Source: Octopus bimaculoides
Taxonomy: Eukaryota
DNA: 64,000 bases
Direction: 5' to 3'
Assembly: GCF_001194135.2 (NCBI RefSeq)
Contig: NC_068982.1
Location: 177,887,037-177,951,036, forward strand
The notes beneath the pieces are model-generated. The model was given only the letters and a program-made list of their open reading frames with translations. It was not told where the DNA came from and did no database searches. Positions within the stretch are counted from its first letter, which is position 1, and each line of letters starts with the position of its first letter. The translations under genes and the position numbers were made by a program. This document shows positions 38,530-50,110 of this stretch, piece after piece.

Positions 38530-39267
38530 CTCGCACACACGCAACGGGCTTCCACACAGTTTCTGCCTACAAAATAATTCACTCATAAGGCATTGGTCGA
38601 CCTGGGTTACTTGCCCAAGGTGCCGTGCAGTGAAACTGAACCCGAAACCGCCTGATCGCAAACCACACTGCCATGCCAATGCCTATTGAAACTTTTTTTT
38701 CTCTCTCATGATTTCGTCAAAGGAGGAACGAGCAGTATTTATAGTCTTTTTTTTTTTGTTTAATACTTTCCGAGTCTTTCGGGAGGTACCAGATGGTGGC
38801 GTTTAACTGAGTAAAAGATTATGTCTATCAACTTCAGTTTTCAAGGCTTCTGTTCACTCGAAGTTATAATAGAAGACACTTGCTGAAGGTGCTGTGTAGC
38901 GAGATTGAACCTAAAAGCATGTCATTGTAAAGCAAACTTCTTAACATCTGCACCCTCCCCGAACTGCTAGTTTATCATCCTTTCTTATACTCTGCATTTA
39001 TCCATTCCTTCTTCCTAAAAGCTGTATTCCTTTAGAATTGTTTTCCCCTACTGGTTACTATTATATTAGTTTTATTGTGTAACCTTAGCCCTCATTGTTC
39101 ACTTATTTTTCTTTTTATACAATTATGAAAATATACACGAGGTAAAATTGAAAAAAAAACAAAATATATATATGTATATATATTAAACTCTAATGTCATA
39201 AACATTTCATGTGCAATATATAGTGAAATATTCCATTACATACCCCAGCTGAACTAACGTTGGACAT
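17661..39267 (-). CDS. CCDC174: Coiled-coil domain-containing protein 174, complete 11-exon CDS, 546 aa
   Basis: Minus-strand exons 39267-39244, 35911-35807, 33086-32989, 30726-30665, 29817-29679, 28652-28551, 27723-27551, 25531-25437, 21680-21545, 18681-18559, 18244-17661 (1641 nt, all GT-AG, phases consistent); motifs LIELKAELFRKQEEFK, FLVDF, WIEYTDSLGRTRTC, GPIHYENVR, HGVGYFRF, VREWDIGK and EFAPP match CCDC174 as recalled; exon 1 is the least certain. Confidence 0.93.
18559..18681 (-). CDS. CCDC174: CCDC174 exon 10
   Basis: ...PVREWDIGKD; CAG/GTAAGG. Confidence 0.9.
18975..19305 (+). mobile_element. RTE-tail retroposon with tandem hairpin units
   Basis: Repeated AAAAGCACCATT...GCCAGTGCCACCTGACTGGC units then the common 3' tail. 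Confidence 0.75.
19440..21342 (+). mobile_element. Decayed RTE LINE (RT to 3' tail)
   Basis: [60 protein letters not shown]; tail at 21110-21342. Confidence 0.85.
21545..21680 (-). CDS. CCDC174: CCDC174 exon 9
   Basis: TKEERTKRELLKEKRDAMMAVRLKKVKDRQ; TAG/GTATGA. Confidence 0.93.
22790..23105 (-). mobile_element. tRNA-derived SINE sharing its 3' module with 23-412
   Basis: Minus-strand head GTGAAGGCGCGTGGCTTAGTAGTTAGGGC...GAGTTCGATTC; 3' part similar to 240-400. Confidence 0.8.
23172..23720. mobile_element. Two adjacent, oppositely oriented CORE-like SINEs (TTGGGCAAGTGTCTTC family)
   Basis: Minus copy about 23172-23330, plus copy about 23358-23720 with internal (TG)n. Confidence 0.75.
24750..25045 (-). 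mobile_element. Ribozyme-containing structured element, probable Penelope-like pseudo-LTR or retrozyme fragment
   Basis: GC-richer ~290 bp insert between (AT)n tracts, several hairpins, hammerhead motif inside. Confidence 0.5.
24904..24960 (-). ncRNA. Minimal type I hammerhead ribozyme motif (core variant, possibly degenerate)
   Basis: Minus strand: UUCAGG-UUGAUGA-C.GAGC-AAA-GACUC.A-GAAA-C-AU-GUC-CCUGAA; 6-bp stem I, palindromic ACAUGU stem III, GUC triplet. Confidence 0.7.
25437..25531 (-). CDS. CCDC174: CCDC174 exon 8
   Basis: VRTHGVGYFRFSKEEMERKEQMNLLNTLRDQ; CAG/GTAAAT. Confidence 0.95.
26104..26410 (-). mobile_element. Young RTE-tail retroposon
   Basis: (CAT)n then the consensus-like tail; same family as 13438 and 44170. 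Confidence 0.85.
27551..27723 (-). CDS. CCDC174: CCDC174 exon 7
   Basis: HEKWDAEERKAVEGPIGPIHYENVRFD; CAG/GTAACA. Confidence 0.93.
28551..28652 (-). CDS. CCDC174: CCDC174 exon 6
   Basis: IEYTDSLGRTRTCLKKDL; TAG/GTAAAT. Confidence 0.93.
29679..29817 (-). CDS. CCDC174: CCDC174 exon 5
   Basis: EDGSQIFLVDFQKKAID...DDPEEQ; TAG/GTAAAC. Confidence 0.92.
30665..30726 (-). CDS. CCDC174: CCDC174 exon 4
   Basis: KVLELKSQLYEKITNDQNIP; CAG/GTAAGT. Confidence 0.9.
31673..32728 (+). mobile_element. RTE LINE 3' end with tandem-unit UTR and (GAT)n tail
   Basis: [33 protein letters not shown]; about 5 tandem units at 32270-32540. Confidence 0.88.
32989..33086 (-). CDS. CCDC174: CCDC174 exon 3
   Basis: KTTILRKNSGVDERAKKDYVAKKEEEDSLEKS; CAG/GTGAGG. 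Confidence 0.9.
33241..33460. mobile_element. piggyBac-type MITE copy 3 (opposite orientation)
   Basis: TTAA at 33237-33240 and 33461-33464; interior is the reverse complement of 4481-4700. Confidence 0.7.
34560..35430 (-). mobile_element. Heavily decayed RTE RT fragment
   Basis: KKFQIWK and VNMAETK resemble the RTE KFQVWK...VNLAKTK region. Confidence 0.55.
35807..35911 (-). CDS. CCDC174: CCDC174 exon 2
   Basis: LIELKAELFRKQEEFKKEKLKCASTNYIKGKTTAK; TAG acceptor, GTAAGT donor. Confidence 0.95.
36130..36545 (+). mobile_element. RTE-tail retroposon with four ~62-bp tandem units
   Basis: Units visible at 36130-36380, then the common tail and (GAT)n. Confidence 0.8.
39244..39267 (-). CDS. CCDC174: CCDC174 exon 1 (MSNVSSAG)
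   Basis: ATG at 39267, donor GTATGT, phase 0 joins exon 2; resembles human DVTASS|LVDLK. Confidence 0.7.
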
Positions 39268-40504
39268 TTTACTTTCTACACAGAAACACCGACTTTGCAG
39301 ATGCCATCAGTAAATTCGTAGTCGTAAAACTTTGTTTATATTTATATTGCGAGTATTTTTATAAAATGATAAACTCTTACTTTATCAATAAATAATAATA
39401 AATTAAGTATACATATAGCTCTCTCTTAGTAGTCTCATTTTATTAAGGTTAACTATTTTAGTATATTAAGTTTAACAACGAATTGTATGTTTACGTCTTT
39501 GGTGCGAATTGATTTCTGTATAATTGTTTCAAACTGAATTCGATGTGGAGGAGATTGTATATTGCACTTTTATATTGTCTTTCCCAGCTGTTTTAGCAAT
39601 GAAATTTAAGTGTTTTAATTGATGGTATATACAGGACTCAGTTACTCACAATCTCTGTCACATTACAATATTTGATTTTATTAGATATAATAATTTCAAT
39701 ATATCACTGTTCTTCTGATCGAGTTTTCCCAACTAAACACATTCAACCAAATTTTGTTTAGCCACTTGTTATGGTTATAGATACTGTAGTTGCACTTTCT
39801 TAAAATAGTGAAACGACACCTTCTAAAAAAAAAAAAACATTTAAAAATTTCTCTGTCACAGCATTCTCTAAACCAGACACGGGTCTTATTTAAACCTTTA
39901 TAACTATAATACACATGTCATGATTATGTATAATACTTTGTACTAAAAGTTTGTAACATGGAAATCTGACAATACAATTTTAATGATTTGCTGTTCAACA
40001 TAGCAGTGCAATTTCTGATTTCATTTTATTTTCGCCCTACTTATTTCAAACCATTACATTGCAAGTATTGCATCATTAATTTATACTATTGCTTTATCTT
40101 TGGGAGTAAAAATTTGGTCAGCATAGTTGTTCAAAATAAGCATTTGAAACAGGTACTTCTTTCTAAAGAAATTTTTCCTCAATTTTGACCCGATTGTAAT
40201 TGAGGTTACTAATAAAATATCCGGATATCTTTTGATTTTTAACAATCAAAGTTCTATCAATTTTCCCCACACAAATGTCTAATTAAATAATTTTCAAATT
40301 CCAAAAGATGATGTCTAGAATGGGGCAAAATGAGTAATGGCTAATTTCAATTTCTTTTCTTTAACTCCTTGGTGGGTGAATAAATATATCAGGAAGAGAG
40401 CCACTTTAGCAGATCGTGAAGAAGAATATTTTATGTTGAGTTTTTAGATTTAGTCAAATTTCGTTAACTTCATACCGTGTTCTTTTTTTCCATGAGCCCC
40501 TAGG

Positions 40505-41003
40505 NNNNNNNNNNNNNNNNNNNNNNNNNNNNNNNNNNNNNNNNNNNNNNNNNNNNNNNNNNNNNNNNNNNNNNNNNNNNNNNNNNNNNNNNNNNNNNNN
40601 NNNNNNNNNNNNNNNNNNNNNNNNNNNNNNNNNNNNNNNNNNNNNNNNNNNNNNNNNNNNNNNNNNNNNNNNNNNNNNNNNNNNNNNNNNNNNNNNNNNN
40701 NNNNNNNNNNNNNNNNNNNNNNNNNNNNNNNNNNNNNNNNNNNNNNNNNNNNNNNNNNNNNNNNNNNNNNNNNNNNNNNNNNNNNNNNNNNNNNNNNNNN
40801 NNNNNNNNNNNNNNNNNNNNNNNNNNNNNNNNNNNNNNNNNNNNNNNNNNNNNNNNNNNNNNNNNNNNNNNNNNNNNNNNNNNNNNNNNNNNNNNNNNNN
40901 NNNNNNNNNNNNNNNNNNNNNNNNNNNNNNNNNNNNNNNNNNNNNNNNNNNNNNNNNNNNNNNNNNNNNNNNNNNNNNNNNNNNNNNNNNNNNNNNNNNN
41001 NNN
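40505..41003. other. Assembly gap (N run)
   Basis: N characters; other gaps at 13904-13923, 24381-24390 and 53096-53132. Confidence 1.
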
Positions 41004-41310
41004 GGAGATTTAGTGCTCGGGTTGTGTGAATTTTCCGAGCCCTCTCTCCATTTTCGCATCGCGCAATTTTTCCTTCATATTTGTTCAATATACGGTGCAC
41101 TTCAACTACTACACTATTTTTTTTTCAATTTTTCCACCGGGTGCGGATCTATATAAAAACCGTTTTTGCAAGGTAGTGAACACTTATAGAAAATCTGTTT
41201 CTTCTCAAAGTCAAAAAATGCAGTAAATATTACTCATTGTCCCCTCTACCTATATTGTTCTCAATACTACATATAATGTTAGATTATTCCTATCTTTTCG
41301 TTTTGACTTG

Positions 41311-41591
41311 CAGGACTGTCGTTGTTGTTAGTTAATTTCCGTAAAAACATTTTATTTATTCACTTTTGTTTTAAACTGAAAGAGAGGAGTAAGTGAAAGA
41401 TGTATGTGTGTGTGTGAGAGTGAATTAAGAGGTGTGTTGTCATGTATACGTACATACATAAATACATGTGCATACATCTTTTTTTGTATGTGTGTGTGAG
41501 AGAGACAGAGTGATGTTTAAGTGGCTCTCTCTCACGCACACATGCAAAAGAGATGTATTTATGTATGTATGTATACATGACAACACGCCCC

Positions 41592-41658
<67 letters not shown>

Positions 41659-41792
41659 GTCCATTTCATAAACACGTACATACAGCTTTCACTTTCTCCT
41701 TTTTCGTTTTAAAACAAAAGTAAATAAATTTTTAAAAATTACGGAAATTAACGAACAATCATATGGTCCCATATCGAATTTTGACAGTCCTG
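41311..41792. repeat. Foldback/MITE-like element with ~90-bp inverted arms and an internal hairpin
   Basis: 41311-41410 is an imperfect reverse complement of 41675-41792; internal stem about 41473-41560; (CT)n(CA)n at about 41596-41658. Confidence 0.7.
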
Positions 41793-42089
41793 AGGGCTAT
41801 ACCGAAGGAACGCCGGAGAATTGTAATTTCAGTACATAATAAACAAAACTGCTGAATATCGTTTAACAACAGTTTTATTTACATTCCATACTGGTAGCTA
41901 AATCAATGTATCCGATATAGGCTACAGCAATTAGAGCATAGCACATGACCCCGATTTCCACATTTAAAAAATAATGCAGCCAAAATGAATTTACAAATAA
42001 ACTCATTGGAGTAAATATTACCAAAATTAACATGAATATAGCATTCTACAAGTTTATTGATTAGTTTTATGCATACAAACACACACACA

Positions 42090-43320
42090 GGGTTCAAAAG
42101 GTTTTGAGGATACTTACCACTTAAAAGGTTATTATTTCTTTCAGATTCCCAATAGCAGATAAAATGCTAACACGAAAAATGAAAAGATATGCACTCGTTG
42201 TTGCCATATGTGTTGAATACGGCAATTTAGGAATTGTTGACTTTCTAAAACCTGAGAGAGCTTCTGTACACAAATCAGACGGAATACTCTGGCAAGAATG
42301 TTGTAACTGTGTCAAAGAAAAAAGAAACATTTTAAAACTTTCAGATACAAGGGCACTGCAGTTCATCCAATGGGTTCAAAATATTATCTATGGTGATCCC
42401 TGAAAATCAACGGGTTCGCACTGTCGTTCTTACAAGTTGTATGTAATGAGGAGAGGCCAATTCATATCTGCAAAGACACAAGATCCATGCCAAACAGCTA
42501 ATTACCAAGGTTAAAAACCATCATGAACGTAGTATACTTTGGTTCTTTTCTGAAGAGGAAAACTCTAAAACCAAAAGTCTAACAAGACAAATGACATAAT
42601 TATGTGCAAATCCTTCTGGTGTCCTCAGAGTGATGCACATTAAGTTTACAGCAGCTGGAAACCATCAGAATATTGGGAAAGAGTTACCTATATCATGATG
42701 ATTTACACCAGGTGTCAAAATTCCAAAATCATGATTACTATTCAATGTTCTATCAACACTAATGGTTGTAAGACGTGATATGAACAGCTGCAATGGAAAC
42801 TATGGAGCCATGGCCAACAGGAAGGAACACAGCAGGTATTTTGACTGCATCTGCATGCTGGGATTCATTCTCACAATTTTGAAGAGGGTCTTTGGCTCAA
42901 TTCAGATGATTACGTGAAGCTGCTGGAGACTATAATATCAAAATGCCCACATCATGACTGCTTCTCAGTGCTCTGTGGACAGTGTAAAGGCTGTAAGATG
43001 TGACCTCGACAGCTGCAATGGAGATGATGAAGCCATGGCTAGCAGGCATTCTAACTGCACCTACTCACCAGAATTCATCTTCACATCTTTGAAGAGGGCC
43101 TTAGACTCAATTCAGATGGCTATATGAAGTTGCTGGTGACTAGTCAAAAACTGATTGGAAAGGATTGCTGCTAGAAGGCATTTTATGTATAGTTTAAGCT
43201 AGTTTAATGACCTGTAGCCCTGGAGATTTTTTTGAGAGTATAATTGTTTCTTCTTCGGACAAGTCTGATATGTTTGAAGAAAATAGCTACATGCCTTGCA
43301 AATTCCAAGAGATCCAAACC
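42090..43320 (+). mobile_element. Tc1/mariner transposase remnant with internal tandem duplication
   Basis: HIFEEGLRLNSDGYMKLL resembles the DDE-region of Tc1-like transposases; motif present twice (about 42875 and 43085). Confidence 0.65.
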
Positions 43321-44169
43321 ACTGGACCAACCTAATTAAACTATGTATGTGTGTGTGTGTGTGTGTGGGGGGGGGTTTAACAAAGTATACAGAAGAAATA
43401 GCATATAAACTGGTAAAAGGTTTGGCTGCATTAGAAGAAAATTTTGGTTATGAAAAGGCTGGGTATCTGAGCTGTTGGTAAAAGTTGTCCTTTTTTATTT
43501 TAACTATGTTGTAAAGGTTAAAAACTATTAAGCTAGTACTTTTAGATGCATTAAAATAAAATAGTTATGTAATTGCACCACTGTACCTTTTGTAGGATGC
43601 AGTGGTGCTATTTCACTCTGATTTACAGTTAAAGTTAGGTTTTTCACTTCCATATATTAATAGCAGCAAAAGATTTTTCACCCCACCATGCTTGTTTCAG
43701 TGCATCTAGATAGAATATAGATAGACATTTCTATTCAACAATTGCTCTATGGTCTTTGAAATTTTCTTCTATATTCTGAACTATCTCCCAAGTACTAAAT
43801 TAAGTTTGCACATGATCCTGACATTTTATGCACTATTAATTTTTTTTTCTTACAGCTGACATAGGTTTTTCTTTCATAATTTTTTCCAAATATACTTCTC
43901 TAATGGTTGCTAATGTTGTTCTGCCACCAGTCAGGTCTAATTGAGTAAAACTATTATCAAAGACATTCCATCCTTATTCACACATAGTTTCTATGATTGT
44001 ATCCTGGACAATGTTTTTTTTAAGACAGTGGGTGACACCTGGCTCCCATTTCTAGCAGGTTGAGCTACCACATAAAAGCATCTTTTGTAAGCTCATTCTT
44101 GCAAAGTTGACAGATTTGATGGATATACTGGTTTACTGTCTCTTTTATATGAAATTAACCTCCTGAAGG

Positions 44170-44437
44170 ATTTTTCAGTGCCCCTGGACTGGCTTGTGCG
44201 GGTGGCACATAAAAGACACCATTTCGAGCGTGGCCGTTTTCGTGCGGGTGACACGTAAAAGCACCCACTACACTCTCTGAGTGGTTGGCGTTAGGAAGGG
44301 CATCCAGCTGTAGAAACTCTGCCAAATTAGATTGGAGCCTGGTGTTGCCATCCGGTTTCACCAGTCCTCAGTCAAATCGTCCAACCCATGCTAGCATGGA
44401 AAGCGGACGTTAAACGATGATGATGATGATGATGATG
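44170..44437 (+). mobile_element. Young RTE-tail retroposon
   Basis: Near-identical reverse complement of 13438-13690. Confidence 0.85.
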
Positions 44438-44649
44438 TTAGACATTTCGGTATGAAGTGTGGAATCTATGAACAAAACAACACAGATACAAAAATTAGTC
44501 ATTTTATTTTATCATGAACCAACTTATTCCAAAACTTGTTTTGGTTTATAGAGGATGTTCACCATCTGCTTTAGTTTTGAGTGTTTTCTTTGTTCTTGTG
44601 TTTCACTCTGTCTTTCTATTTGTAGTGAATACTTTATGTTGTCATATTT

Positions 44650-46300
44650 ATGGTACCCATTAATTCAAAATTAGATCCAGAAATAGGCAATTTGCTTTTG
44701 TCAACAGCTGTCTAACACCAAGCAGGCTGGCATCAACAGATGTGTCTGCATCCTCACCTTTTGGTCCTATGACAGCTATTCATCCGTCCAGATACAATAG
44801 CATCAACATGTATTCATCATCACTTTTTGGATTTATCAAGTGGTGACCCAGAAGCTAGCAAAAGATATATTTGTGCAACACATGGCTTTCAGATTCTTTC
44901 TCATTTAAGACTTCTGGTCCCTTCCCAAGAGGATTACTATTAATTTCACAGAATCCTTTTACTTGCCATTTCTCAACTAGGATTGATCTGTAAATAGTGC
45001 ACCTGCTGATAAAGCCTCCACATTTGCTGTTTAGTTTACTTCCAAGTCTACACACACACCAACAGCAACAACCTACTTTCTAAACCCTCTTCAGGTTACT
45101 CCCACAAAAGAAGACAATGTATCTGGCTGTGTCACATCTAATAATCTCAAAGTATGTTTTAGCACCAGCTCAGAGATCTATCCTGACCTCAAGAAGTGCA
45201 ACTTTTCTAACCCTGCTGACTACTAGCCAATTTACATTATTTACATTATTTACATTTGACGGATATTTGTTGCTCTTGACATAAAAAAAATCTTTGAGGA
45301 GATATACAAGAATAACCTAAGCATCCATGACAGACTCTCACTGCTTCCATAAATAGACATCTCAGAAACATTTTTCCGTGAGAACATGACATCCTACTTT
45401 CTGCCAATTACACCAAGACACAATCACTACACACATAAAGGGAACAGTTTTGCACCACACTGTCCATTTGTGAATAATAAATTCCTGTGGTATTTGTATC
45501 TTAAAATTCATGCTATTTGCATGTTGGAATGGTATACCTGGAACAATGATATTGTAGCATACCTCCAGTCATTCTACAGACTATTAACATATCTATTTAA
45601 TCAGAGCTGATGATAAGGTAGAGCAAAGATTTAGATTAGCACCATGATTTCTGAATTCTGAAATCAGGTCAATAAATGGGTAGGCTGCACCTGTTGCCCA
45701 TAAAGCTATTAATAAAATCATACTCATGGTTACATTTGTAATGAGCTTCATGCATCTAGGTGATGTTTTATTTGTTCACTATTTGCACTGGGTTCTAACA
45801 GACCAATGAGGGAACAGTACCTATAAGCCATGCATTGGCTATATAAGCAGAAATGAAGGCTAGCTCCTCTCTCTTTTTTCTATAAAATTCATCCAGAGCA
45901 AGGAACTAACAAAGAGAGAATTTTCTACTCATGTTCTAACTAGTCTCACATCTATATTTTCTACACCTACACATCAATCTTGCCAACCTGCTCTCTGGAA
46001 AATTTGGCAATCATAGAATTTAAACGTCACATTGAAAATTGTTCAGATTGATCAAAAGGTAACCCAAAAATTTAGATGTAAATTTTCCCAAACTCTTTGA
46101 GCTGATTTAACCTGCTCCATGCTCGTCTCTAAGGTGGTGCACTGGACAGCACTGTCTCCTCACTATTCAATGGTACACCCTCAGATTTACAGTGATACAC
46201 TTATGTCAAAACTCTAGCATTATTACAAATTAGTGCTCATCCAGAATATTCTGAAGCACCCCCAGGCACCAAAGTCTGGCAGTGGGCCTGCCCTGCTCTA
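44650..46300 (+). mobile_element. Decayed CR1/Jockey-like LINE RT
   Basis: SNPADY*PI and VALDIKK motifs; appears to be the same family as 7600-9790. Confidence 0.55.
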
Positions 46301-46552
46301 GAACTAATAATCCAAGTCCTCCCCCACCATCACCACCTCCACAGTTATAGAGCTTCATTTCTCTGTTTGAGGTAGCCTGCATTGGAAAGGAATGAAAGTT
46401 GTCCATCATAAAGAAGCAAACTTGCAGAGAAGAAAGGCAGTTGGGGTGTGTGTGTGTAAGTATTAGAGAGAGGAGAAAATATGTAAATTCAGATCCCCAA
46501 ATTATTTGAGCTACAGAACTTGAGCAAGGAATCCAGAAGTGAGTTTAATATA

Positions 46553-46679
46553 CAGGGTGTCCACAAAGTCTGGCTACATGGAGTAAATAAAATCATAACA
46601 TAAACAATTAAATATAAGAAATAATAATTTCTTAAAGTATGTGTTAATCCCCATGTACCCAGACTTTGTGGACACCCTG
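46553..46679. mobile_element. Tc1/mariner-type MITE (127 bp)
   Basis: TIR CAGGGTGTCCACAAAGTCTGG / CCAGACTTTGTGGACACCCTG with TA at both flanks. Confidence 0.9.
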
Positions 46680-48907
46680 TAGATCAAACTTTCGAGTTTC
46701 TCATAAATTAGAATGTTGCAGGGACTGCAAGAATCTAAAAGATGGACTAGCTCTAAAAAAGTAAACTAACTTGAAATGATGATGATGATGATAAAGCTTG
46801 ATGGTACTCAATAACCTTGATGCTTCAATTCATTGTTTAAGCTTTGTCATCTTAGAAAGAAAGATGGGTTCTAAGAGAACATCATATTGATGGAGGCGAG
46901 TTATGAAGATTTTCAGTGAAGAGATGCATGTTGTCTGCCACTGAGACGATTATTGAGACTATTGCTGTTAAGTATCTGAAGTTTACAATTGGAACCATTA
47001 ACTGCTACACACCGACGTCCATATAAATTAAAGATTAGAGATGTGATTATTAAAAGAAAATATATACGTGTCCATATGTTATGATAACGACAAAATCAAT
47101 TAATTTCGTGTGGCAAAATTATTTTTATGACCTTACTCAAAATACGATAAATTGACAAAGTTGCGGCAAGCAAACTAAAAAATATTCGAACTGCAGATCA
47201 ACAAGTTTCTTTAGAAATCGGTTTCTATTCTTGGGTAAATATTTCACTTAATTTACGTTACTAATGATTTGAGGAAAATAATGAACGTCATTATTTTCAG
47301 ATTTTATGCTAATGTAGGAAACGTATATTTATTGTTTACTTTGAGAATTATTGATCTTCTCTTTGTCAGAAATCAGTTTCTCATATTTAATATGCATGCT
47401 CTGAATGACGTGCTGTTACTCGGAATTCTAAAGCAGGATAGCAAATTGTCGTTTGTCACCGGCAGAAATACTTGATACTTCTGATAATTGACAGTTGTGG
47501 GTGGCTTTAGTTATGAAGTAACATATCGTCTGTTTCTTAATCGCCTCAACTGTTTACATATTTGTAAGTACATGATGCTTATTTTGCTGTCAGCTTCCCT
47601 TCTATTATTGTTGATTATTTTGTGTTATGACATTTAAGTATTTATATTTAACATTACTGAAAGTAACATTCTTTAAAATTAATAGAATCTAAAGATGTTG
47701 TTAAGATGCCGTGTTACATTATATTATATTGACACAATGAGATACAGCTACAGATTTCTAATATATATGCCAGCTGTGGTGTTCCCTACCCAAATAGCCT
47801 GAAGCCTGTCACTTGAACTAAGTGCATCTCTCTACATAATTAGAGTATACCGATAATTACAGTCTTATTTAACGCTAGAATATATTGTGTAATTATATCT
47901 TCTGCCAGGCGTATAAACGTATTTTCGCGCATTTGATCATGGTAAATATTATTCTGTTGAAATTTTACTAATTCCAAAACATTCCATTCTTATCCTCATT
48001 TCCACAGGTTTGTCGAGTGGACTTTAAGTTTCCATAAATACCTACCTATAAGTGTAGGCGTTTAAGAGTAACGTGACAGAGTCGGAGGTCGAGAATGGAG
48101 TGGTTGCATGAAGCCTAACGATTTATAAACTGTTGCCAGTTATATTCGGCTGTCTCAAGTTAGTCCACACTAGTGTCAAGCTTATAAATTAGACCGTGGA
48201 AATTCACCCCCATCACTTTCACGTCCTTTTCATTTATAATTTACATAAGGAAGTGGACAATTACAATAGAAATAAGTTAGAAAGAGCAAACACTATTTCA
48301 ATTTACGTATTACAACAGGTAATATATTTGATTTTGCATGGACTCTGCACTAAACCATATTCACTCGATCGATACACAGGAAGGCAATTGTTAGATTAGT
48401 GTCTCGCAGGGGAAAGCTTTTAAATAGCCGGTTTCATTTAGAAAATCTATTAATCTATATGAAATTGTGTTTAACATGAAGCCCAAGTTTATATTTTAAA
48501 CTGAAACATTAATTTGTAAAAAAAAAAAATTAAAAAAATTCCGAAAACCAAAGATCACCAAATTATCGTCTGCGTATTTTATGAGTCAGTGCTGAAACTT
48601 ATTTTCCCTGTTGCAAAAATGGTTGCATTAGTGTTACTTTTTGTTAAGAGGAGATCATATATGAACTGTTTGATGCCAATATTTCTCATGAGAGGAATCT
48701 GTTCGAAGTTTAGTATAATGGATGATACCTTTCTGCATTTAATTTGATAAAAAAAAAAAATTTTTAATCGCGAACGTTCTGCAGGAAATATTTAATGTAT
48801 TGGTCACAAATGTGTAGTTTGATTGCTGTTGGGGGAATTCAATATTTTCTGGCCTTTAATTTTTATTGTTTATGTATGCATATTGTTTGATATTGTTTAT
48901 CACATAG

Positions 48908-48978
48908 GTTCTGTTGAAGAGAAAACAAGATACTAAAATGAACAACTTGTTTTCCCGCTATATAATAAATGAACTTCA
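48908..48978 (+). other. SMCR8: Probable SMCR8 5' UTR exon carrying a uORF start
   Basis: CATAG acceptor, GTAAGT donor, ATG at 48938; link to SMCR8 is inferred. Confidence 0.5.
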
Positions 48979-49499
48979 GTAAGTTATGGGCTTAGCTAAG
49001 CTCTTTTGTTTGATGAATAACCTGTCTGTTTTGAATGTAAGTTATATATAATGCGTATGTTATGCCCACATACGATCAGTTAACGCTCTACAAAAACTTG
49101 GTATAATTTATTAACCCACCCAGCACACACTTATGTTTATGTCAACCCAGCTGTGCACTAATCCAAATTTCAGCTTCGTTTTATCTACATTCTTGCTGAT
49201 CGAGTGGGCGGCGGCAAGAATGCTCAATATACGTTCTAGAGTATATTAGTTAATTATAACTGAGTTTTTATCTTTTATCTTGTGACTAGAGATTCATGCC
49301 ACATTGATCTGATTTCTCATTTGAAGATCACAGTAACATGAAATTCAAGTCAAGATGACTCTGTGTGTGTGTGTGTCTTTCATACATACTGCTTTAAAAT
49401 GTTTGCTGAGTACTACTTCATTACGTCATTGAGAATACACTACCTTATCTGTCAGACGAGTTGGTCTGGTGAAAATAACAAAGGATCCTTTTGAAACAA

Positions 49500-50110
49500 A
49501 ATAATGATAATGAAATTATTGTGTATAGTGCACAGGTGCACCACAACTTATCAAAGGTGCATGTACAATACATAGTATTATATACAAAAGTCAGGAAAGT
49601 GAATAGTGTATGAGTCATGATATACATGTGTGCATGCGTATGGAGGTGGGGATATCAGGTGTAGTGTTGGCAAATTTCAGGAAGCATAGAGGTTTTAAAG
49701 GATGCAATATCTCGGCAACTAATAACTGATGCAGGTGGTTTGTTCCATGCTTCAGCAACTCTGAGTGTGAAAAAGTGTTTCCGAAAGTCATGGGAGCTGT
49801 GCTGTTTTCTGACTTTGTAGGTATGACCACATGTGTTAGACACATGAAGCTCAAAAAGGTGCTCAATGTTGGCATGATGGTTAATAATTTTGTGGGTGTT
49901 TACTAAGTCAATTGCCAGACGTCAGAGCTTCACTATATCTATGCCCAGGGAAGCAAGGCATTCAGATTATGGTAGATGCCTGATGGAGGATATTTGTTTG
50001 GTTGCACCTCTGAACATTTTCCAGGAGGTCAATGTCCTGAGCAAGATAAGGGCTCCAGACTGGTGATTCAAATTCTGAGTGTGGCTGCACTATAGCCATC
50101 TACAGCCTTA
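49500..50110 (-). mobile_element. CR1-type LINE 3' fragment
   Basis: RKHFFTLRVAEAWNK..ASV.SC.DIASFK, typical of CR1/L2 ORF2 C-terminus; second copy at 52985-53585. Confidence 0.8.

Noticed and set aside
40315-41250. Possible TIR element spanning the gap (GGGGCAAAATGAGTAAT / ATTACTCATTGTCCCC)
   Set aside because: Short imperfect match with half the interior missing; boundaries unsupported
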